Shown here piece by piece: positions 9,723 through 19,578 of a DNA stretch of 32,583 nucleotides; the stretch's first letter is position 1; each line of letters begins with the position of its first letter. The position numbers and the translations under genes were made by a program. Source of the stretch: Catajapyx aquilonaris (lineage: Eukaryota); assembly GCA_000934665.2 (NCBI GenBank), contig JYFJ02004369.1:1-32583 (forward strand), given 5' to 3'. The notes beneath the pieces are model-generated. The model did not search any database and was not told the DNA's origin. It saw only the letters and a program-made list of their open reading frames with translations.

Positions 9723-11727
9723 CTAGAGTATAAAGAGAAGTTTTCACTCCATGTACAATAATGAATAAAATTATTAGGAAATATCTAGTTTGTTGGCCAC
9801 TACCAATTAATATGAGCAGAATTACGTACGGTATTCTCCGAGTGGATGCCTGCTAACAAGCAGAACATAATGTACAAGGGAAGAGTAAAATGAGCCATTG
9901 CTGCTGCAAGTGGTTCCACAACCTTCGCCAAAAGCCTTCGGTACACTTGTGACAAATCACATGCCTGCCAGGCAAAGGTTACAGATAATAATGTGCAGCA
10001 CTATTTCCACGTGCATGAACTTGGCCCACTGGGATCGTTGGTTGACCATAGGATAACGAGATGACCCAAGGAAAATGACTACTTCAGCTGACTCATTTAT
10101 CTGACCTCTGACAGTCCCAGAATAATTCGGTGTCAAAGAAGGCATCCATGCAAATAATAAAGGGTCAGTTAGTGGGCAGCAATGTGTGTGTACTGTGTAT
10201 TGATAACGCCACAGGTATTTACAGATCAAGATTCCAACCAAGGTGCAGGAAGCGTGCAGTGATAAACAAGTGTTGTTCTCCTTGTATCACTTTGACATAA
10301 TTATATCTTGGTCATTTCTGTTTGTAATGATTCCTGCACATGAATACGACTTCACTGTTCTCATAAAACAAAAGCACAACTAAAATATGGGTGTAGATCA
10401 AGCAAGCAATACATGAAATAATGACCAGGAGTAACCTAGCCTGATTCTTAGCATGGCCAACACAACTCTTCCGGTTTTATCCAAACCCTCCAGCCACCAG
10501 CATGGTTCTATTGTTCACAGATTAAGTATAATTTCCCGGATGGCAAAAAACAAACAAACTCCAAAGCACTTGTAATACAATATAACCACAATATTACAGT
10601 CAGAATGTCTCACAAAATTGAAATTGTATGACTGCTCACTTTACAAGTCACTTATATCGCTTGCAGTACACCAAGTCTAGGATATTATTAGCCTTTGAGA
10701 CACAATGTGGTCAAAAAGCAGGCTGAAAATATGGTAAAGGTAAAATGAAAATAACCATTCATCTATGTGCAGGGTAACTCCATACTGTATTCTGTAGCCA
10801 TCACATTTCCCTCACAATTCGAAGCTACAAACATTGGTCACATAATTGATGATATTTTACATGTACTGCTTAATGCATAGGTTACACATCAAAGTGATCA
10901 CTCTTTCAAGGGTCAAGAGACCACATTAATTAGGTTTCTACTGGTGGTATTAAGTTGGTCCTAAAAAAGGATGCAGAAAATGTATGTCCCTTGTTATATC
11001 AGATTTGGCAGTTAGCATTTCTGTGTACATTATAGGCATTTACATCATGTAAGACTTGTCTTATTACACAATAGCTGGGATCAGACAACTTTCAGGCCAT
11101 CATAGCATTGCATGACCTGACAACATAGTCTACGGTGGGCAGGACCCATTCAGTTTGCTCTTTCTTTACGTAGGTGGCAATATGGTGCTCTCATGTCACA
11201 GGATAAACTGATAGTCTTCAATGCAAATTTCCAAATGCTATTTCCAAACAATGCCACATGAGTGTGATAGAAGCTCGCAGAGAAAACCTTCACTTCAAAG
11301 TCACAAGCACAAATATTTCTCTCTACCCCATCTACAATATGCTTAGTATGTCGTCCTATCACAACAGATCTGATGTAAAAGTAAAATCCACGTGTAACAG
11401 ACTCAGCAGATGTTCTTCCCTTTTCGAAAAGTATTGAGATTTGATCAGTTTCTTTCCGAGAATGCACACCATGTCAGTTCACTCACTCAACATCACTTGC
11501 AATCATGACAATTAGCTTCAACTACTTTCATACTTTGCTATTGATAAATTAAACATTTAAGTAGCAACATTTTTACGTCTGTGAGAAACACTGACACAAT
11601 GATCTTCTTCAGTAACACCATAACACACTACCTGCTACATGTATCAGTCCTTCAGTCTTAATTTAATGTGTAGCTTTGAATAATGGTGGTGGCAAAAAAA
11701 AAAAAAAAAGGGTTTCCTTCTCCTGTA

Positions 11728-12013
11728 CAGTGTTGGACATTAATCGCGTCATACTGCTTGTGACATTTTCTGATGTGGCAGAAGTGCAAATCGAAGTGAT
11801 AGAGTGTGAGCCGTGTGAATATGAAGAAGTAGGCCCTGAGTGACGTCACCGTCTGGGGGGCAATGGAGAAAAGGCTTGTCCCCAGCCAGTGACATCACCC
11901 AACGGCTACCATTTCTTTCTCGCATGGCTCGCACTCTATCACTTCGATTGGCACGTTTTCCACATAGGAAAAATGTTGCTAGCAGTATGACGGAATATTA
12001 ATGTCCAGCACTG
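11728..12013. mobile_element. Palindromic MITE (Tc1/mariner-type ends), 286 bp
   Basis: TA|CAGTGTTGGACATTAAT...ATTAATGTCCAGCACTG|TA. The imperfect inverted arms are over 100 bp each (AATCGAAGTGATAGAGTG / CACTCTATCACTTCGATT), with a TA target-site duplication. Confidence 0.85.
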
Positions 12014-12101
12014 TACAGTGTGATTCACCTATAATCCTATATCAATTCAAGTATTCACTTTGTGTTGCTTGGTTGTGTAGTACGGCTCTATTCAATAGTT
12101 A

Positions 12102-12250
12102 CAGTCGACTCTGGATATAAGAACCTTGGCTATAAGCAACCCTTAGTTATAGCCAACTCAGAAGTCTGGTCAGGCCATATTTCCACATATCAAATATTAA
12201 AATTGTTTGCACTACAGAATTTCATCTGGTGTGCAAATTACAAAAGGACT
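12102..12250. mobile_element. Possible pogo/Tigger-like terminal fragment
   Basis: TA|CAGTCGACTCTGGATATAAGAACC resembles pogo/Tigger-type termini. No matching second end was found, so the right boundary is approximate. Confidence 0.35.
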
Positions 12251-12618
12251 TTCATATCGGCTGACCGAATTTGGCAGGGGTAGGGGTATGCTGTGCCAAC
12301 ACAACCCATGACCTATCTTCCCTTCCCAGCAGATACACACCTATCCTTCAGAGGATACATACCTATCTTTCAGCAGATACAAGCCTAAGAAAGTAAGTAA
12401 AAGTGTGGCGTCCAAGTGAAAGAGTAGCCCAAATTACTTCTTTGGAGGTTTTGACTTCTGGGTTTAGCCTTATAACAAAGCCGGACCAACGAGAGTGAAA
12501 AACTTGCACTCCAAGGCTCAGTTTGGAGTGCAAATTGTACTTTTGCACCTGAATAGTTTTCAACCCCTGGAGTTTTTTGTAGATATTTAATAGTGGTTAA
12601 AATGAAAATGTCTCATTA

Positions 12619-12830
12619 CAGGGTTATTCAAAATGATTCACCTGATTTCAAATGGGCATCATTCCGTACCTATCAGCTATGTATTAACCAGGCATACACC
12701 AAATGAAAAAAGAAATCTCATAGTTTTGTCAATGCAACAGAACGGATCCACCTTTTGCAGCACCTTTCAGAGCATCCATCAGTGGTATCAGCAGTTCAAG
12801 GAAACAGGATGTTTGTGTAAATCAACAGCC
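12619..12830 (+). mobile_element. Internally deleted Tc1/mariner-superfamily transposon remnant
   Basis: A TA|CAGGGTTATTCAAAATGATTCACC terminus is followed by SIHQWYQQFKETGCLCK, which resembles the N-terminal HTH segment of mariner-like transposases. Confidence 0.6.
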
Positions 12831-13432
12831 CTGGACAAGTTGAAGCAACTAAACTCTTGTCAAGTCATGAAGGCTATAGAGGGGCCTGTATGGTTGTCTG
12901 AAGCTCTTGCCTCTACCATCAATGGATGCTCTGAACATCTGGTGAATCAATTCAGTCACATAAGCAAAATGAACAACCCCTATATTTTCAGGGGAAGGAG
13001 ATCATCAGTAAAGTTACCCTGATTCACAGTGGCAGGCCAGTTCCCCTGGGATATACAGCCTGCTGGCTTACTGGAGATATCTGCTGAGACACATTGCATG
13101 ACACTACTAGGTTATGGAATTCCTCCCCCTTTCTATTATCTGTTAAAGAATTGCTCTTTATCATTAGTCATAATAACTATAAAAGTAACTGCTACATGTA
13201 TAAAAATGACAGGGCAATGATATAAACCGTGCTGATGTGGAAGACCAGTCATATTATGCTATTGATCTGCATGAGGGCGACTCGAACAATACAAAACCAA
13301 TGTGTGTATGGCCAATGAAGTCATGTCAAAATAATATTGCAATGGTCAAATTGACTACCATCTGACATGAGTCTGTTGCAACTGGGATTCACCTTACAAA
13401 TTAAAATATGTCCGCCCACCGTTCCCTTCCTC

Positions 13433-16400
13433 TCACTTTCCACATGCAATCCTTCTGTCTGCCACATGTGTTGCCAGGTGCCTCTTCAGGTGGTCCTTCC
13501 TTGCAAACGTCTTGCTGCATTGGTCACAACTGAAGACCCCAGCTTCCATATGTAGCCTACTGACATGCTCCCTCAACGCTGATGCACTAGACAAATACTC
13601 ATCACAAAATTCACACACATGGGACTTGGACCTCCCTGAGCTGGCAGCCCCTCCTCCCCTACTACCACTTCCTCCGTGGGTCAGCCTGTGCTTCTGAAGG
13701 TGACTCTTCGTCCGGAATGCCTTCCCACAGTGCTCACATGGGAATGGCTTTTCCGCTGTGTGAGTCATTAGGTGCCTTTTGCAGTGATCCTTCCGCCCAA
13801 AAGCCTTCCCACACAGCTCACATCGATACATGCGTCCCTCCACATGTGTCCTCATGTGGTCTTTCAGGCTTGCTGCATCTCTGAACCTCTTGTCACAGAA
13901 GCCACATTCATGGGGACGCTCCTCACTATGAGTCAACCGATGCTTCTTCACATGGCTCTTGGTGCGAAATGGCTTCAGGCACAGGTCACAGCGGAATGGG
14001 CGCTCAGATGTGTGAGTAGCCAGGTGTGTCTTCAGATGATCGTTTCGTTTGAAAGCCTTTCAAGAATAGGAATGAATTAGCTTCATGTACTCATGAAAGA
14101 AGGCCATGCAAATATACTGCAATTGTGCATGTGGTAAATCACCACACACACATCTTCTTTCCAGTATATATCTGGGAGCCTCGAGCAGGGGTGACATGAA
14201 TTGGGTGCAGGGAGGTTGGCAGATATGGTACTGACAACAGGTCAGATTCCTTTCTCAGGAAATTACTGTCCTAATGTCTATACAGTATAACACACCTTGA
14301 GACAGAAATGGCAGCAAAACCGACGGTCCTCAGAGTGTTTGGTGAGATGGGTGCGAAGGTCTGCCTCTGTGAGGAAGGTTTCAGAGCAGTAGCCGCAGCA
14401 GAAAAGCATTCCGCCAAGATGGAGAACTTGGCTAGCACCACCTACAGCAGCCGACTCAGAAGGGGGAACGTTAGAAGCAGGAGTCAAGGCCTTCGTGTGA
14501 CCTGAAGGCGTTCCTGTGTTGTTGGTGCTGCTCTCAGGCTGGGGGCAGTGCTGTTGCTTCTGCGGATCCTGCCAATCAATTAGACCAGATTTAAAAGAAA
14601 AGTATTTTAATGTCCCGAACACAACAAGAAAAAGCCTATTCCAATCCCTTCTGCTCTGCTTGTAATAAAAGGCTGTACCTCTGCAAGTGAGTCTAAATGG
14701 AGCGCCACGTAGTTCTGTGGTATGATCTCCATGTCTAGCTTCTCTTGTGAAGAATCCTGGTATACATCCATATTAAAATGCCCCTGATGTTGGGGAGCCA
14801 TTTGTGGCCACATGTCAAACTTTCTGGCTGCATCCAAGTTGTGAGTTGCCACGTGAGCTTCCCACATGTTCCTCTTAGTAAAGTATTTTCCACAGGCACC
14901 ACACACGTGCTTTCTGCCCCCACCTCTCCTGGCACACTCCCCACCAGCATGCCTGCTGTGATGCTTCTGTAGCTGCCCCTTTCGCCGAAAGCGTCTCCCA
15001 CACAGGGCACAGTCAAAGGGCTTGTGCACTGTGTGGGTCATGAGGTGAATTTGAAGGTGGGGCTTCTGGCGGAAACTTTGCTGGCATAGGTGACATTGAT
15101 GGGGCTTCGCTCCTGTGTGGGTCATTTGGTGGATCTTCAAGTGGTCATTGCGCTTGAAGCTTTTCCCACAATAGCTACATGGAAAGCGGCGGTCTTCTGG
15201 AGCCAAGAGAGCAGATGGGCGGAGGACCAAGAGCGAACGCTTATCCTCAGTCTAGAATGTGGTTATGTCAATTGTACATTATTCTCTCTAAAGCAAACCT
15301 GATCAAAAGCCATTGGCTATAATTTCAGAAACTTACCTCTCCAATACTTTCTAACTGCATTGGATACTGTACCCCATCCCGCCCTTCTTGACCACCAACC
15401 TCGTGTGACTTAATTGCATGCTCTTGGAGCGCACTCTTCCTCATGAAGCACTTCCCACACACTCCACAGGCGTATTTCCCTCCAATATCTCCACCTGTGT
15501 TCCCATGCTTAGCACAGTGTCGCCTGTAGTGATCCCTCCTATTGAAGGTCCGAGAGCAAAGATCACATCGATACACCTTCCACTCCATGTGAACTCGCAT
15601 GTGATCTCGAAGTGTTGGGGCATCACGGAAGTGTTTGTAACAGAAGCGGCACATATGCTTGTGTGTTGACATGTGCTTCTGGACCTGGAGAAAAAGCCAA
15701 ATGAATGTTTAAGAGTGGAACCATCTAATTGAAGGCATACTTCATCATACAAATTAGGAATATCTGAGTGCACCTCCATGGGCTGCCATTGAGGGGCCAA
15801 CAAAATTACGGCAAACAATCGAGCATGCAATTAGGTCTGGAGAAGTTGACCCACTTTATAGCCACCATCACAGCTAAAGACAGTTGGAGAGCTGGTTTTG
15901 TTTTCCACCACCAAAAGTGGAAGGATGCAAGTTTAGAAGGAAACCTTACTGTCCTCAGGTTTGACGGTGACTATACCTGACTTTTCCGTCTGAACCTTCT
16001 TCCACATGCCTGGCACTCAAAGGGCTTCTCCACAGTGTGGGTCATGAGATGGATCTGCAGGTGAGGCTTCTGTCGGAAGGCCCGATGACAGTGTGGGCAC
16101 TGATGAGGCTTCGCCCCAGTATGAGTCATCTGATGAATCTTCAAATGGTCATTACGCTTGAAGCTCTTTGTGCACTGGTCACAAGAAAAGCGACGATTCT
16201 CCTGGGAAGCCTTCTGGTCTTCAGACTTCTCTAAGTTTGGATTGGTAGAGCTGCATTCCACTGGATCCCGATGTGGCTCCTACAAAGAGAGAGAATGACT
16301 AGCAGTTGGCACTGTGAATTCAGTTCACATCTTGCGCAGTAACACTAACCCTATTCTGATCTACAGTGGGTCCAGAAGTCACTCCGCCTTGAACTCCAGC

Positions 16401-16712
16401 AGGGCCAGTGCTCATCCTCTGATCCACAGTGTGCATGGGTACCAAACCATGAGCCAGTGTGAAGGCTCTTTTGGCTTCTTCTACAGCAGCTGTCATTACA
16501 CCAACTCCACCATTGCTATGTTGCTGTTGTTGCTGCTGCTGCTGTTGTTGTTGCCCAGATGGCAATTGCAAGAGGTCGTCAAGACCCCAGGCAGTCAAGT
16601 GGTTACCCACCTCCCTGGTCTCCCTTGCCCAATATTTAGATGTTGTAGACACCAGCATGTCCTCTGTATCTGCCTGGATTACCACCTTCACCTTCTCCTC
16701 ACGAGACATCAT
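13433..16712 (-). CDS. Poly-C2H2 zinc-finger protein (18 fingers, N-terminal polyQ), about 827 aa
   Basis: Coding exons 16712-16350, 16279-15977, 15684-15337, 15251-14679, 14568-14296 and 14056-13433, all GT-AG and all phase 0. Splicing completes two split fingers (FRRKSQ|VQKHMSTH and CHFCLK|AFKRNDHLKTH). TGAKP, TAEKP and TSERP linkers are present, and there is an in-frame stop just upstream of the ATG at 16712. Confidence 0.85.
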
Positions 16713-17774
16713 GGCCCCTCACACATAGTCAAACTGGAATGTGAAATTTCATTTTATTTCCTAAGCAATTAAGGTCACAACCATGTAAAACTACAAATGA
16801 TACTGAGTAGTAGTATTTTGTTGTATGTAATCTACTGTTTCAGGTGTAACTCGAGCAATTACACTGGACAATAATTATTCTAGGGCTATCACAACCATTC
16901 AACCTGAGCTTTTACATTTATCACAAGGTAACAATTTTTCCCACCTCTCATATTACGACAACAGAGGGACAGCTAAGACAACTGCATGGTTTTGTTTACT
17001 GGGGTGGAAGGTGAGAAGGACTAAAGAAGTGTTCCAACTGTGAGGTTGTCTACCTGGGGTTGGAGGACAAAATTTTAAAGCCACTAACAACCAACTTCAC
17101 AAGGTGAAGGGCATGAACAAGGTAAGGTCTTGCATAGGTGGTCTGCTTGCCTGAAGGCCATTCCTGATATTTAAAACCTACTTCATACCCATTTTCTAGA
17201 ATTCATCTGCTTCATTACCTATCGGCAGGGTGGTTGGAGTACAGTATGTGGTGTGCTGTTTTGACAAAGGGGGAAGTGAGTCAGGGAAGAAGGACGTTGT
17301 GTCAAGTGTGAGAGAAAGAGGGGGTTTATTAGACCTAGGGAAAAATCTGCTGTTGAATATTTAGAATAGTGCACATACATATTAATGGGAGTAAGGGTGA
17401 ACAGATAAGGGGTGTGGCACATTGGGCATTCAAGAAAGGGGAGCAAAGGCTGAATTATGGCAATGAATAACCAGGGTTGATTCATGCACCATGTAAATTT
17501 TCCTTTCTATTTCACAGTAATGTCAACATGCTCAATTCCTGACTAGGGCTTGACACATATGGAGTAGGCCTACTGATTTTTCATAATTCACCCCATTCAT
17601 GCTGTTGTTGATTACTCTCACTCCCAGCCACTTCCTACTTCCATACATGGCAAGAATCATGAGCAAGGATGTTGTTTCACTAGTTTGGGCAACCAACCTG
17701 CCACCTATAAAGACCAGTGTTTGATCTCAAAATGGGAACAGTATTTTCTCACAGAGGAAGTGTCAGAGTAGGTT

Positions 17775-17778
<4 letters not shown>

Positions 17779-17850
<72 letters not shown>

Positions 17851-18139
17851 TTGTACCCTGTGCTAGGGCCATGGGCCCTTTAGGGGGGTGGAATACCACC
17901 ATATTTTTTATTATCTGGAACTCTTGCTTTCATATTTACTTTGCGTATATGGGGATGGGATAGGGACGGAAGGAGGCGGCTGTGGCCTATAATTACGGAC
18001 ACGACCCCGGAATTTTCCTGGTGAGACCATGGGGAACCACAGAAAACCACGGTCAGGGTCGGCGGCCACCGGGATTCGAACCCAGGACCTCCTGATTAGC
18101 AGTCGGATACCATATCCCCTCCACTACCACTGCTTCGGT
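17779..18139 (-). mobile_element. tRNA-derived SINE, family 1, copy 1
   Basis: Minus-strand tRNA-like head with B-box GGTTCGAATCC, a (TTA)n tail at about 17779-17850, and a 16-bp TSD TCAGAGTAGGTTAGTT (17763-17778 and 18140-18155). A near-identical copy lies at 27067-27363. Confidence 0.9.
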
Positions 18140-18217
18140 TCAGAGTAGGTTAGTTTTCTCAGGTGTCAATTGTTTCTTCCCATATTCATTACCGTACAAA
18201 ATTAATGCTGTAATAAA

Positions 18218-18630
18218 GGGGCGCATGGTGGTCTAGTGGCTAAGCTACTGGCCAGCCAAGCAGGAGGTCCGGGGTTCAAATCCCATCCCCCTCACCTCTG
18301 CTTGGTCGGGTCTTTTCTGCTTTTCACCTGCCATGTCCGGGCACACTTGTCCTCCCTTCTCTGCCCAGGACCAAGAGAAAAGGTATGGTATTTAAGAAGG
18401 TCAGAAATGACTAGAAACTACTTAAGTGCGTCCTACCTCTGTGATATGATTTACAGTACCTACCCATCATTACCATCATCACTGTCGACTCCGGATAAAA
18501 GAGCCTTGGCTAGAAGCAGCCTCGAATGGCTGGTTCCACCATATTTTGTATATATTGTCAACTGTATTGTTGTTGTTGTTGTTGTTGTTGTTATTATTAT
18601 TATTATTTTAATTATCATTATAATTATTAT
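18218..18630 (+). mobile_element. tRNA-derived SINE, family 2
   Basis: GGGGCGCATGGTGGTCTAGTGGCTAAG (A-box) ... GGTTCAAATCCC (B-box) head, followed by about 280 bp of body ending in (GTT)n/(ATT)n repeats. No TSD identified. Confidence 0.65.
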
Positions 18631-18790
18631 TAGCGTGCACCTGGCCAGCCACCATAGGTTTGCCATGTTGGGTCAATCGAGATGACATGGTGCTGTATAC
18701 ACAAGGTTATCGCTGGCTACCCCACCTTTGGGAAGCCGCCGTGAAGAAATGAATGAATGAATGGATGACGGTGATGATGATTATTATTAT
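18631..18790 (+). repeat. Possible retroelement 3' end with (GAAT)n tail
   Basis: Ends in GAAGAAATGAATGAATGAATG plus GAT/TAT repeats, similar to simple-repeat tails of non-LTR elements. There is no coding remnant to confirm this. Confidence 0.3.
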
Positions 18791-19299
18791 CAAGTAATTT
18801 TCAGGGCAGCATCAGCTTGTATCTTACCCACAATCACCTAGTAACCACAGAGTTTAAGAACACTGATTGGTCCAAGAAATGTACTGTGCCTCCAGAGATG
18901 TGCAGCCCAGAACTAAACGCATCAGTAAGTCTTCCCAAAATACTCCTCTGGTTCCATTCACCCTTCCTTCCCTCCCTCCCTCCCTTCCCCTGGGAGTGCA
19001 GTCCACTGACCCAGATTCAAGTGAAAAGGTGTCCGGGTCAGTGAGGGAGGAGAAGGGAGGAGGAAAAAGGAGGTCGTCCCACAAAAACGTGGCCAAGACC
19101 CTTTCCATCCCTTCCCTTCCCTCTTGTGGCCCCACCTCCTCTCACCTTCTCCTCGAAGGGCAGGGCAGGGCAGGATACGGGTGTGTTCCGGGCGCGGCAG
19201 ACTCCCCTCCTTCTCCTCTCCTCCTCCTCCGGGCCTCCTCCTCACCCCCGACCGGAGCACACAAGTCGATTCCAAACCCGGAAAGAATAAAAAGTCTAC

Positions 19300-19578
19300 C
19301 AAGACGTCGACGCCATCTTGCTGCTCGATTCCACCTTCCAAGGTTGACAGCTGCAGAATCACCACAGAGTTGATTGAACTTTATTTATAAAATAATTGTT
19401 GTACTTTACTACTACATTGTGTTGTTACAGCACGTTTAAAAGGAAGTAGCTCAACTGTGCAGTTTAGGTGGCGCTGTTGCCAGACGGATAATATTTCAGC
19501 TGGGCCTTCGTTCGTGTGGTGCTCCGGAGTTTCTGGTGGTCCGTGTTCCTCCTGAGCGTTCGTTGCCTTTTGGTGAGG
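19300..19578. promoter_or_regulatory. Probable bidirectional promoter region (zinc-finger gene 5' exon on -, NDUFB10 on +)
   Basis: Minus-strand YY1-type motif CAAGATGGCG (19320-19311) followed by a candidate donor TG|GTAGAC at 19299. The region is CpG-rich, and the NDUFB10 ATG is at 19579. Confidence 0.55.

Noticed and set aside
13430..13440. GTGAG donor-like sequence overlapping the zinc-finger stop, suggesting a ZF to MATH-BTB fusion transcript
   Set aside because: The donor would be phase 2, whereas the acceptors I found near paralog B are phase 0 (9722) or phase 1 (about 9850). No compatible exon was identified.
14520..14545. SPOP-binding-like motif (PESST) in the zinc-finger protein, implying it is a substrate of the neighbouring MATH-BTB proteins
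   Set aside because: The five-residue motif is frequent by chance, the MATH grooves are altered, and adjacency in a eukaryote is not evidence of shared function.
18050..18300. Possible tRNA genes
   Set aside because: The A/B boxes belong to SINE heads with long bodies and simple-repeat tails (plus TSDs for family 1); no complete cloverleaf is supported.
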